Virus record (IMG/VR): IMGVR_UViG_3300020050_017898
Direction: 5' to 3' (one strand)
Length of the DNA: 20,000 bases
Source of the DNA: an uncultured virus (IMG/VR IMGVR_UViG_3300020050_017898)
Taxonomy: Duplodnaviria > Heunggongvirae > Uroviricota > Caudoviricetes
In this document: in pieces, positions 1 to 8,272 of the stretch
How the letters are laid out: each line of letters begins with the position of its first letter
How positions within the stretch are numbered: position 1 is the first letter of the stretch
The notes under the pieces: model-generated
What the model saw: the letters and a program-made list of their open reading frames with translations, nothing else
What the model was told of the DNA's origin: nothing
Database searches by the model: none
Made by a program: the position numbers and the translations under genes

Positions 1-138
1 AAGAATTTCAATTGCTTTAGCCAATTTCTCAATTGCTTGAGGTAAAGTACTAGTAGGACTGATTTTTGCTTTCTTATCAGCTAGTAAAATTTCCATACTA
101 GCAAAGACATCTTGACTGACATTTTTATTGTTAAACAT
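1..138 (-). CDS. Small helical hypothetical protein, partial (runs off the window); paralog of the two upstream genes
   Basis: Not in the ORF track. ATG at 138 preceded by AAAAGGT; translates MFNNKNVSQDVFASMEILLADKKAKISPTSTLPQAIEKLAKAIEIL, open to the window edge. Confidence 0.8.
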   Translation of the reverse strand, partial: MFNNKNVSQDVFASMEILLADKKAKISPTSTLPQAIEKLAKAIEIL

Positions 139-139
139 A

Positions 140-340
140 TTAACCTTTTAGCTTTTTAAGAATACTATTTAAAGCTTTAGCTTCTTTAGGTAGATTACAT
201 TCGTTAAATATAAGAGCAGCTTCTGATATTAAAGTCAAAGCTTCTTCAACCTCTTTGTCAGCCAAATAACTATCTGATTTTGTTTCAACATTCTTTAACA
301 TATCATGATAAAGATCGTTTGCAAAGCTGCTCTTCTTCAT
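140..340 (-). CDS. Small helical hypothetical protein (66 aa), putative virion protein
   Basis: ATG 3 nt after the upstream stop, with AAGGG upstream; shares the D-x4-M and A-x3-[LI]-x2-A pattern with its neighbours. Confidence 0.8.
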   Translation of the reverse strand: MKKSSFANDLYHDMLKNVETKSDSYLADKEVEEALTLISEAALIFNECNLPKEAKALNSILKKLKG

Positions 341-343
341 ATC

Positions 344-913
344 TTAACCCTTTTTCTTTGATTTAAGAAAATCTTTGAAAGTTGATTTTTTCTTATCATC
401 TTTCTTAGAGTCTTTTTTATCGCTAGCTTTCTGAACATCTTTTTTCTTATCCTTAGATTTGTCATCTTTCTTGACATCTTTTTTAGGATCTTTTTTGTCA
501 GAAGCTTTCTGAGAATCTTTCTTTTTCTCATCTTTTTTATCTTTTTTGTCATCCTTTTTATCGGATTTCTTGTCAGATTTTTTGCCAGACATTTTATCCT
601 CTTTTTCTTTGACTAGTTTGGCAGCGACTTTAAGAATAAAATCACTTTTACGAACTTCCGCCATACTCTCAAGAAAAGCCGAGGCTGAAAGAAGACTATC
701 AACAGCCATCTGGAAAGCAGCTTCTTTGTTATCAAGAGCCAGCTCAACTTCGTCAGAAGCCGACATCTCTTCGTCTTTCATAGTTGATTCACAATCATCA
801 GCACAGTTTGAATCATGTGAATGCATTTTGCTGGCATCTTCTCCGGCGCTAGCAGTTTTAAATAAAGTATTGTTCATTACACTTGCAATATCTTGTCCGA
901 AATTCTTTTTCAT
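344..913 (-). CDS. Hypothetical protein (189 aa) with Lys/Asp-rich low-complexity C-terminal tail
   Basis: Start revised from 1069 to ATG 913 (MKKNFGQD), which has TTAGGGA upstream and lies after the terminator. The tail carries KKDxQKASDKKDxKKD twice. Confidence 0.85.
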   Translation of the reverse strand: MKKNFGQDIASVMNNTLFKTASAGEDASKMHSHDSNCADDCESTMKDEEMSASDEVELALDNKEAAFQMAVDSLLSASAFLESMAEVRKSDFILKVAAKLVKEKEDKMSGKKSDKKSDKKDDKKDKKDEKKKDSQKASDKKDPKKDVKKDDKSKDKKKDVQKASDKKDSKKDDKKKSTFKDFLKSKKKG

Positions 914-931
914 CTTTTTCCCTAAAATTTT

Positions 932-964
932 AAAAAATGGGGGAGGAGCTACTAACCCTCCCCA
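932..964 (-). terminator. Rho-independent terminator after the protease/scaffold gene
   Basis: Minus strand GGGGAGG-GTTAGTAGCT-CCTCCCC-CATTTTTT: 7 bp GC-rich stem plus U tract, just after the stop at 972. Confidence 0.8.
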
Positions 965-971
965 ACCTAAA

Positions 972-3900
972 TTAACGACTAACCTTGGAAGAACGAGCAC
1001 CCTGAAGAGCATCCATATAAGTCTGAACAGCTGAATTCTCTGAACGACCCACCGGAGCACTAGCTTCAATCACAAGACCATTCTGGGGAAGAATTCCAGA
1101 GATAGGAAGTGAGGTTACTTTGCGAGCTGGGGCAGAAGCAATAACACGCTTGATACTATCAAAAGCTACATCATTGTACTGAACAATCTCATCAACTTTG
1201 TTGCTAACTGATTCAGCATCAGCCGGCATAAGATCCTTAGCAACCATTTCATTTACAAGCTGGTAAGCACGAGCAATCTTGACTTTGAAAGCTTCGACTT
1301 CTTCAGCCGCTTGAGCTTTCATGTTTGCTTTGGTAAGAGCAGCAGCAAATTCTTTACCTTCACTATCAGCCTGACCATAGAATTCTTTGTAGTATTTGAC
1401 AGCTTCAGGATCAACTCCAAGAGCTACAAGTGAATCTAGATCATCGGTATCAAGTTCACCCTGTGAAACTAGCTGGTGAATACGATCAGCTTCTTTACGA
1501 ACCTTAACTTTGCCAAGAACCACTGACATCGTTTTTTCATGCTGATCAACAATGTTTTCAGAAACCGCCATATCACCAGAAGCATCGATACCACCAATTT
1601 CAACACTATCAGCCATTTCAGCCGCAACACCTGAAAGCTGCATAGCTTTCGCGGCAATCTTGGCACGAAGTTCAGTGCGTGAAGCATTTACAGTCTTTAC
1701 TTCACTACCAGTCGGAGCCACTACTGATTTGCCATCCGGAGTCTTAACTTCAACCATATCAGCAAAGAGAGAATCAAGATCTGAACCAAGTTCATCATCT
1801 TCAGAACCAAGTGAATCGTCACTTAGATCAAGACCTAAATCATCAGAATCCATTTCTTCGTCTGATTCTTCTTCATCAGAAGAATCCATTTCTTCAACTT
1901 CCTCATCATCTGATAGCATTTCTTCGCCTAAATCCATTTCTTCATCCTTATTTAACACATCTTCAACTTCAGAAGATGAATCCTCAAGACCAACTTCAGC
2001 ATCACTCATTTCTGCATCAACTTCGTCAAGAATTTCTTTAAGTGATTTACCATCATCTTCAAAATCACTTGATCCCTCAAGTTCAGCCGCAGCAAGTTCG
2101 TTTTCCATACGAGCTTGTTTGACCATTTCGGTGGCACCACGAGCATATTTGATAAAAGTACCAATAATAGCTTTACCCTGAGCAAGGGCTTTTTTGCTTT
2201 CATCAAAAGAAGCTTCGGCAACAGCCTGGAAAAGCTCACTGTTAGTTGAATTAACTTTACCAGCATCAATCATTCCAGTAATCTGAACAAGTTCATCTTT
2301 ACGATCAGCAAGATCACTAATCATTTCAGTAACTACTTCGGTAAGAGCCTCATTAGCTTCTTTGCGAGCTAACTGAAGAGCAGAAGCATTCTTCGGAGTT
2401 AGATCACCAAGTTCAGCTTGTTCACCAGTAGTTTCTTTAAGAATTTCAACGAGATCTGAACTTTGATCACGAATCTGAGTAGCTAACTGAATAGCAGTAG
2501 GTTTAATATCACCAGTACCAGTGGTATCGGGTGAAGCCATGGGCGCAGCTTCAGGAGCAGACATTTCAGTTGAAGGCATAGGCATTTCAGCAGGCATTGC
2601 AGGAGCAGGTTCCTGTGATTGAGCAAATTTCGCCATAGCTTGTTTCTGAATACGAGTCATAAGACCACGACCATAAGTCTCAGAAGCAACAGTAGTATAA
2701 AGAAGCTCATCACCTTTAGCAAGTGAATCAACAGTTTCTTTAAGAAGAACATTACCATCACTGTCAGTGATCTTCCAAGTATAATCACCTAGTTCAGCAG
2801 CCTTAATTAACTGACCATTAAGTTTGCCAGCACGGGAAAGCTTTTTCTTTTTGGCTAGATCATCGCCATAGGGTTTAGTAACATCGCCAACTTCAGGGAA
2901 AGGTTTAGTGCCTTTCATATGCTTGTCTTCCTGACGAAGTTTATCATTCATCGGATCAACAGGATATTTTTTCTTACCAGGAGTGGGTTCATTATCTCCA
3001 CCACCTCCCTGAAAATAGCCTTGTTTCTTAAGAGCTTCACGAGCAGCTTCAACCGCAGCTTCACGTTTCATCTCGCGCTCTTCGTTAGCACGTTTAAGAT
3101 GCTTTTTGAGAGCCATCTCTTCTGAACCACCAAGAAGACCGTCAGAACCACCCTCGGGGAAAGGTTTCGCGCCTTTCATATGATGATCTTCCTGACGAAG
3201 TTTATCATTGAGAGGATCAACTTCATATTTACGAGAACCCGGAGTAGGTTCATTAACACCGCCACCACCCTGAAAATACGCTTTTTTATCTAATGCCATG
3301 TTGTAACCCTTAATTAATGTATTGTATTGTTGTTTTAATGATGATATTTTTGATTCAATGTTATCTGTCACTGAGTCAAAAGTTTCTTTTTTCTCTGAAC
3401 CTTCAAGATCAGAGGAATGAGCTTGAATGTCACCTAATTCTTCTACAACAGTGTTAAGAAAGTCTTTCATTTCATCTAGATTATCACTAGCAATTTGAAA
3501 TGAACGATTTTCACTATCACCATCGTCACCTAGAGTAGAATAATTAATTGACACATCAAATTTTTCATCAGCTTTATCAACTTTGGACCCCAAAGCATTA
3601 GCTGATTTAATTAAAGACTTAAAAGAAATATCATACACTTTATCATGCATCTTGCACAAGCGTTCTTCTAAAACACTGGCAGCTTTCTTCATCTCATTTA
3701 ATTCACTTGCTAATCTAGCACTACCAGGTGAACTAAGTAATTCACCATCAGGTTGCTCATCTTCTAAAGTACTAGCAACCAACGCTTCTCGATCATCTTC
3801 AATAGATGATGATTCTTGTTTTAGCTCTTCAAGCTCACCTTCAGCTTCAGTAATAAAAGCTCGCAGTTCCTCAAGTAACCCTGAGGTAAACTTAATTTCT

Positions 3901-4703
3901 TTATCTGAACCCTTTTTAAGAAGGGCTTCTTTTTTAGTAACATAGTTATTAAGATTATCAACTGAAGCAATAATATTTTTAATTTTGGCTCGTTTATCAG
4001 CTCCTGCTACTACAATTGAAAGTTCAATGGGGCTAAGATCAAGATTAATTTCACCATAACCAGTTTTATACTTCATATGTTCACAAAATTCATTAGCGGC
4101 TTTGATAACTTTATGACATCCTTTTTCGGTACAAACTGCTCTACCAACTCCAGTACCCATAGAAACGTTATTACTCATTCCACTGGAAACTTTATGAGCT
4201 AGTTCAGGATAATTCTTTTTGTCAATGGCTGCAAGAGCAATAATACGTTTAAGATCAAAATCGTATACCGTATCAACAATAAAACCTCTGGTATGATCAA
4301 TACTAGTTGCTTGATGATCAATACATAGAGGTTTGCCGATCCATTCTTTATGAGCTTTTACTAATTCAGCCTCAGGAAAGATATCACCACGTTGATTTCG
4401 GTAAGGCTGAATTCCAGGATCGCTGCATTTCCAAATACAGGTACCAGTTGATTCATCCCAGGAAGCTTCTACTGGTTTTCCTTTATACATTTTTGGACTA
4501 CCATCTTCATTAATGATAGCGGCTTCAGCAGCATGCATCATGACAGTAGAAAAATAAAGGAAATCATCAGCTTTAGGAGCTATCTTCTTCATAGCTTTAG
4601 CTTGTTTGATAAAATCATTTACAGTCTCAGGATTTACAATAGATTGTACGCTTGAGTAATCTCTTATTCTAATTTCTCTTGCATCACCAATTTTTTTAAA
4701 CAT
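972..4703 (-). CDS. Prohead (capsid maturation) protease fused to a long scaffold-like region, 1243 aa
   Basis: About aa 100-245: NQRGDIF...GKPLCIDH...RGFIVD...VSMG...CTEKGC...CEH...IELSIVVAGADKRAKI, matching HK97/herpes assemblin-type phage proteases (His in DH, Ser in VSMG, Cys/His insert). The remainder is acidic and coiled-coil-like. AAGGA SD; downstream of terminase and portal. Confidence 0.85.
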   Translation of the reverse strand: MFKKIGDAREIRIRDYSSVQSIVNPETVNDFIKQAKAMKKIAPKADDFLYFSTVMMHAAEAAIINEDGSPKMYKGKPVEASWDESTGTCIWKCSDPGIQPYRNQRGDIFPEAELVKAHKEWIGKPLCIDHQATSIDHTRGFIVDTVYDFDLKRIIALAAIDKKNYPELAHKVSSGMSNNVSMGTGVGRAVCTEKGCHKVIKAANEFCEHMKYKTGYGEINLDLSPIELSIVVAGADKRAKIKNIIASVDNLNNYVTKKEALLKKGSDKEIKFTSGLLEELRAFITEAEGELEELKQESSSIEDDREALVASTLEDEQPDGELLSSPGSARLASELNEMKKAASVLEERLCKMHDKVYDISFKSLIKSANALGSKVDKADEKFDVSINYSTLGDDGDSENRSFQIASDNLDEMKDFLNTVVEELGDIQAHSSDLEGSEKKETFDSVTDNIESKISSLKQQYNTLIKGYNMALDKKAYFQGGGGVNEPTPGSRKYEVDPLNDKLRQEDHHMKGAKPFPEGGSDGLLGGSEEMALKKHLKRANEEREMKREAAVEAAREALKKQGYFQGGGGDNEPTPGKKKYPVDPMNDKLRQEDKHMKGTKPFPEVGDVTKPYGDDLAKKKKLSRAGKLNGQLIKAAELGDYTWKITDSDGNVLLKETVDSLAKGDELLYTTVASETYGRGLMTRIQKQAMAKFAQSQEPAPAMPAEMPMPSTEMSAPEAAPMASPDTTGTGDIKPTAIQLATQIRDQSSDLVEILKETTGEQAELGDLTPKNASALQLARKEANEALTEVVTEMISDLADRKDELVQITGMIDAGKVNSTNSELFQAVAEASFDESKKALAQGKAIIGTFIKYARGATEMVKQARMENELAAAELEGSSDFEDDGKSLKEILDEVDAEMSDAEVGLEDSSSEVEDVLNKDEEMDLGEEMLSDDEEVEEMDSSDEEESDEEMDSDDLGLDLSDDSLGSEDDELGSDLDSLFADMVEVKTPDGKSVVAPTGSEVKTVNASRTELRAKIAAKAMQLSGVAAEMADSVEIGGIDASGDMAVSENIVDQHEKTMSVVLGKVKVRKEADRIHQLVSQGELDTDDLDSLVALGVDPEAVKYYKEFYGQADSEGKEFAAALTKANMKAQAAEEVEAFKVKIARAYQLVNEMVAKDLMPADAESVSNKVDEIVQYNDVAFDSIKRVIASAPARKVTSLPISGILPQNGLVIEASAPVGRSENSAVQTYMDALQGARSSKVSR
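2892..3278 (-). repeat. Intragenic duplication of about 42 aa (two copies, 261 nt apart)
   Basis: YFQGGGGVNEPTPGSRKYEVDPLNDKLRQEDHHMKGAKPFPE versus YFQGGGGDNEPTPGKKKYPVDPMNDKLRQEDKHMKGTKPFPE; identical 23-mer TCTTCCTGACGAAGTTTATCATT at 2926-2948 and 3187-3209. Confidence 0.95.
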
Positions 4704-4728
4704 TAGAATCCTTCAAATAGGAAGTGGG

Positions 4729-4749
4729 GTCTCTGAAATTTTCAGAGAC
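4729..4749. promoter_or_regulatory. Perfect inverted repeat in the protease gene leader
   Basis: GTCTCTGAAA-T-TTTCAGAGAC, 10 bp arms, 25 nt upstream of the ATG at 4703; no U tract follows. Function inferred only. Confidence 0.55.
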
Positions 4750-4813
4750 ACAATCACTCTAGATAGTCTATGTTCCTTATAACACAACATGACTTATCTA
4801 GAGAGATAATACT

Positions 4814-4948
4814 TTATGCCTGGTTTTTCTTTTTTTCTTTGGTAGATTTTTCCAAAAGAATTTCTTCGGCTTTCTTTTTTAGATCTTCGGTTGATTCATC
4901 ATCAATTAATTTTATCGGAAGAGCGTCACCAGTTTTAATCATTATCAT
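4814..4948 (-). CDS. Small charged hypothetical protein (44 aa)
   Basis: Below the ORF-track cutoff. MIMIKTGDALPIKLIDDESTEDLKKKAEEILLEKSTKEKKKNQA; AAGGA 7 nt upstream of ATG 4948; overlaps the upstream stop. Confidence 0.7.
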   Translation of the reverse strand: MIMIKTGDALPIKLIDDESTEDLKKKAEEILLEKSTKEKKKNQA

Positions 4949-5561
4949 CTAATTTTCCTTTTTGTTCTAGTTTAAGAAGAATCGGCACTCTGTCTTTAAT
5001 AGTTTTATTAAGATCAACTGCTAATTCATCTCTCCAACTAATAGATAAAATATTATCTTTGATATGTTTATTAATACGATTGTTTATCATATCTAATATA
5101 TCCTCAATTTTCGCAATAATTCCATCCAAAGAGTCTACAGCATCTTTAGTAAAATCTTGACTCTTCAAATCATCAAATAACATAACAAATTTATTACCTA
5201 GTTCTTCTAGTTCAGAAATATAACTATTAAAACTGGTAATAATTAATACAGTTTGATGATCTGTTTTAAAAAATTCCAAGCATTCTAGTAAATAGAAAGC
5301 AGAAATTTTGAAATCATTCAAGTGTTTAATAAAATTATCTCTGAAAGTTCTTAAACTAGAGCGTATTTTAAAAATACTATCACTATCAGACTTATCTGCG
5401 CCCTCTTTAAAAGGTGTATAAAAAATATTGATGAATCTAAGGCAATTTTCTAATTCTTTTTCAGCTTTTTTAGAACGAGTTAAGGCTACCTCAGCGACTT
5501 TAATTTCCTCATCACTAAGATCTCTTTTTAATTGGTATAAATAAGCGTATTTTTTAATCAT
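4935..5561 (-). CDS. Alpha-helical hypothetical protein (208 aa)
   Basis: Start revised to ATG 5561 (MIKKYAY), giving an ATGATTAA overlap with the upstream stop; no family motif recognised. Confidence 0.8.
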   Translation of the reverse strand: MIKKYAYLYQLKRDLSDEEIKVAEVALTRSKKAEKELENCLRFINIFYTPFKEGADKSDSDSIFKIRSSLRTFRDNFIKHLNDFKISAFYLLECLEFFKTDHQTVLIITSFNSYISELEELGNKFVMLFDDLKSQDFTKDAVDSLDGIIAKIEDILDMINNRINKHIKDNILSISWRDELAVDLNKTIKDRVPILLKLEQKGKLDDND

Positions 5562-6342
5562 AAAAGAGCCCACTTAGCTCACTCGGAGCAATGCCTGTAT
5601 TGGATATGTCATTATATAGCAATCCAACCAACGGAAGACTATCACTTTCTTCATGTCCATCTGGTATTTCTCCTTTATTTCCACGGTTTCTTAAAAATTC
5701 TTCTCTAGAATAACCATTATCTAGTTGGTCCGGATATTTAATATCATGTCTGCCAGGACTTTCTGGATCACTGTAAAAACTATTAGTAGCTGGCATTAAT
5801 GGAGGATCCAAATAACTAATAAAAGGATCTAAATCCATATAATTACTAGATAATTGAACTGCACTATCATTTAATAATTCATCTTGTTTGATTTTAGATT
5901 TACCGACAGCATTAATAATTTTAAGATAATAATCTTTAGTAGCTTTAGGTAATCCGAAGCCAAACCCAAAATAAAAAAGCTTGTTTTTAACTTCTTTCAT
6001 GGGTACACCCGTCATTAAAGAATATACTGCACAAACTAAACCAGTTCTATCTTTACCCGCTTTACAGTGAATCAAAGTAGGACCATTATCTTGAATAACA
6101 CTAACTAGGTTATTAGTTAAAATATTACGTACAGTACTATTATCTTCAATATCTACATTTTTTATTAGATGTTTGATATTTAATTCTTCACAAGCTTCAG
6201 CAATCATTCTAGCAAATGTTTCATCTAATGAAATTATTTGTTTAATGCCCATTTCTTTTAGAGCAAAAATGTCTACGGCGCTTAATTTAGCGCTTCTATA
6301 AAGATATTTGTCTACTTGTTCAAAATTTTTGATCTTACTCAT
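5554..6342 (-). CDS. Protein tyrosine/dual-specificity phosphatase family protein with acidic C-terminal extension
   Basis: Intact HCx5R P-loop IHCKAGKDRTG; N-terminal NF...LYRSA...GIKQIISL typical of the family. Confidence 0.9.
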   Translation of the reverse strand: MSKIKNFEQVDKYLYRSAKLSAVDIFALKEMGIKQIISLDETFARMIAEACEELNIKHLIKNVDIEDNSTVRNILTNNLVSVIQDNGPTLIHCKAGKDRTGLVCAVYSLMTGVPMKEVKNKLFYFGFGFGLPKATKDYYLKIINAVGKSKIKQDELLNDSAVQLSSNYMDLDPFISYLDPPLMPATNSFYSDPESPGRHDIKYPDQLDNGYSREEFLRNRGNKGEIPDGHEESDSLPLVGLLYNDISNTGIAPSELSGLFYD

Positions 6343-6884
6343 AATTTTTGAATCACTTTAGTTAAAATTGTTTTAATATAAGCAGGATCTTTATCAAATA
6401 ATACTTGTTTTACGAAACTAATACTTTGACCAATAGCAGAGCTGGCAGGCATGTTTTTAGTAGCTAAATCATTAATGCTAATAGTATTTAGTTTTTGCTT
6501 GATACTAGTTAAAGCTTTGGTTTGATTTTCTGATTTAATTTTATTAACCAATAAATGAATAATATTAATTAAATTATTAGCAATAACATCTGGAGGCTCT
6601 ATTGCTGCTTGTTTGGTAATGCCAACAGTAGCAGAAAAGTCTTTTAAACTTTTAATTAAACTTTTTTTTTCAGGTTCCGGATCAGTATCAGCTAACTCAT
6701 TAAAATAGTTATAATATAATTTTAAAAAAGCAGTTATTTCTTTTGGATTGCATTGCTTATTTAATTGACGCATCACTCCAGAAAAAGTAAAATTTTCTGC
6801 TTCTGATAAATCAATATCTTTTTCTTTGTTAGCTTGTTTAACAAAGAAACAAAAGGCATCAATTTGTGAATGAATATCTGTCAT
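6339..6884 (-). CDS. Hypothetical protein (181 aa), putative head protein
   Basis: 4 nt overlaps on both sides; two K-Q-A motifs (FVKQA, ITKQA) delimit helical blocks. Confidence 0.8.
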   Translation of the reverse strand: MTDIHSQIDAFCFFVKQANKEKDIDLSEAENFTFSGVMRQLNKQCNPKEITAFLKLYYNYFNELADTDPEPEKKSLIKSLKDFSATVGITKQAAIEPPDVIANNLINIIHLLVNKIKSENQTKALTSIKQKLNTISINDLATKNMPASSAIGQSISFVKQVLFDKDPAYIKTILTKVIQKL

Positions 6885-7222
6885 TTAATTTTTCTAGAAA
6901 CAGAAGGTTGGAGAAAATAAGATTCTAGTGATTCACCATCACGCTCAGTTACCATTACAATACAAATTTCTTGAAGGCAAACCACTTTTGATCCTTCAAA
7001 TTTTTCCATTTTTTTGACATTGACAACTAAAGTGGCACCCACACCACCAATAATTTCACCTACCAAAATACCAGGTCGAGTAAAAGAAATTTGATCTAGA
7101 GTTAATTCTTCACTATTTTGTCCGCAATGAATTTCTACAGTTTTGCCTTGATAAAAATCATTCATTAACTCACAAAAAGTCTTTTTCTTACCCTCAGCTA
7201 AATTCTTTTTAAAATCAATCAT
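6881..7222 (-). CDS. Hypothetical protein (113 aa), possible Sm/SH3-like beta barrel
   Basis: Translationally coupled ORF; pattern helix-GKTVEI...GILVGEIIG...LVVNV...VVCL..ICIVMV. The gene is solid, the fold is tentative. Confidence 0.7.
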   Translation of the reverse strand: MIDFKKNLAEGKKKTFCELMNDFYQGKTVEIHCGQNSEELTLDQISFTRPGILVGEIIGGVGATLVVNVKKMEKFEGSKVVCLQEICIVMVTERDGESLESYFLQPSVSRKIK

Positions 7223-8268
7223 TTTTTCCTAAAGTATAAATAAGCATTTTCTATTTTATAGAAATTTGCTTCAGGTAAAGTAGCTGAGCCAAACTTAGCC
7301 AAACTGGTGATAATCTGCGTTCCATATTTTTTGTTAAACTCTTCTTGAAAATATGCATTAATTTGCTTAACAAAAGTTTCATAATCTTGATTATATTCAC
7401 AATTAACTAAAATTTCGCTATGAAGATCTTGATAATTAATAGGTGCTTTACATTTTAATTGTTCTTCAATAGCAAACTGAACTATTCGACTATATTCTAA
7501 AACCTCTTGCTCAGTATTGCCAGCTACTTTAACAATATAAGTTCCATATTCTTGACTTGCAAATGCTGACCACATGGATTTTAATCCACTAAAAATTTTT
7601 GATAAAAATGCTGATGGTGAGTTTTTTTCTTTAACTGGAGGGTTAAATCTATCTTCAGTATCTAACACTTTATCAGTTGCTTCTTCCATTGATCCACCAT
7701 TTACGGCTCGTAATGATTGAACAGCTTCAATATAATCTTTGTTATTAGCTAAGCTTTGTAGTTTACGATCTAAATCACCATAAGTAATAACTCCATCTTT
7801 ATCAGTATCTAAACCTTTATTTTGCGCATAAGCTTTAGCCACAAAACTAGGTGAAACTGATTTATATTTTGGTTGAGCACCATCTGCTGAAACAATTGGA
7901 GTTGAAAAATCTTCTCTTTGCACCCCTGGTAATCCTAGCGCTACAGGAAAGAAAATACTAACATAACATCTGGCAGCACTTTTAAAAGGACCACCATTTA
8001 ATTTCATATTTTGTTCAATATATGATTTGACATAATCTAATTGAGTTACAGCATCTAAAGTGCGAAATTTTTCATGACCATCAGTATAACCCATGTTTTT
8101 TAAAGTGCTAGGCATGAACTGAATTAAACCAGAAGCATTGCCAGCAGGATTATGTGCTGTCGGAGAAATACCACTTTCTAGTTTCATAATAAGTAAAAGA
8201 TCTTCTGGCTTCATTTGAAGTTCACTACAAATTTGTACTAATTTTTTATAAAATTCTAATCCTAGCAT
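7219..8268 (-). CDS. SLT/lysozyme-like lytic transglycosylase with EF-hand-like loop and unknown C-terminal domain
   Basis: Catalytic ES (IMKLESG), ASGLIQFMPST motif, QLDYV, and NKGLDTDKDGVITYGDL (DxDxDG). Confidence 0.88.
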   Translation of the reverse strand: MLGLEFYKKLVQICSELQMKPEDLLLIMKLESGISPTAHNPAGNASGLIQFMPSTLKNMGYTDGHEKFRTLDAVTQLDYVKSYIEQNMKLNGGPFKSAARCYVSIFFPVALGLPGVQREDFSTPIVSADGAQPKYKSVSPSFVAKAYAQNKGLDTDKDGVITYGDLDRKLQSLANNKDYIEAVQSLRAVNGGSMEEATDKVLDTEDRFNPPVKEKNSPSAFLSKIFSGLKSMWSAFASQEYGTYIVKVAGNTEQEVLEYSRIVQFAIEEQLKCKAPINYQDLHSEILVNCEYNQDYETFVKQINAYFQEEFNKKYGTQIITSLAKFGSATLPEANFYKIENAYLYFRKK

Positions 8269-8272
8269 TTTA

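Noticed and set aside
914..1069. N-terminal extension of ORF 344..1069
   Set aside because: Overlaps the protease 3' end and the terminator; ATG 913 has an SD.
337..2269. Alternate-frame minus ORFs 337..552, 1469..1687 and 2006..2269
   Set aside because: They overlap better-supported genes and arise from low-complexity or biased codons.
3006..3281. YFQG resembles the TEV protease site ENLYFQ/G
   Set aside because: No ENL upstream and the protease is not potyviral-type; coincidence.
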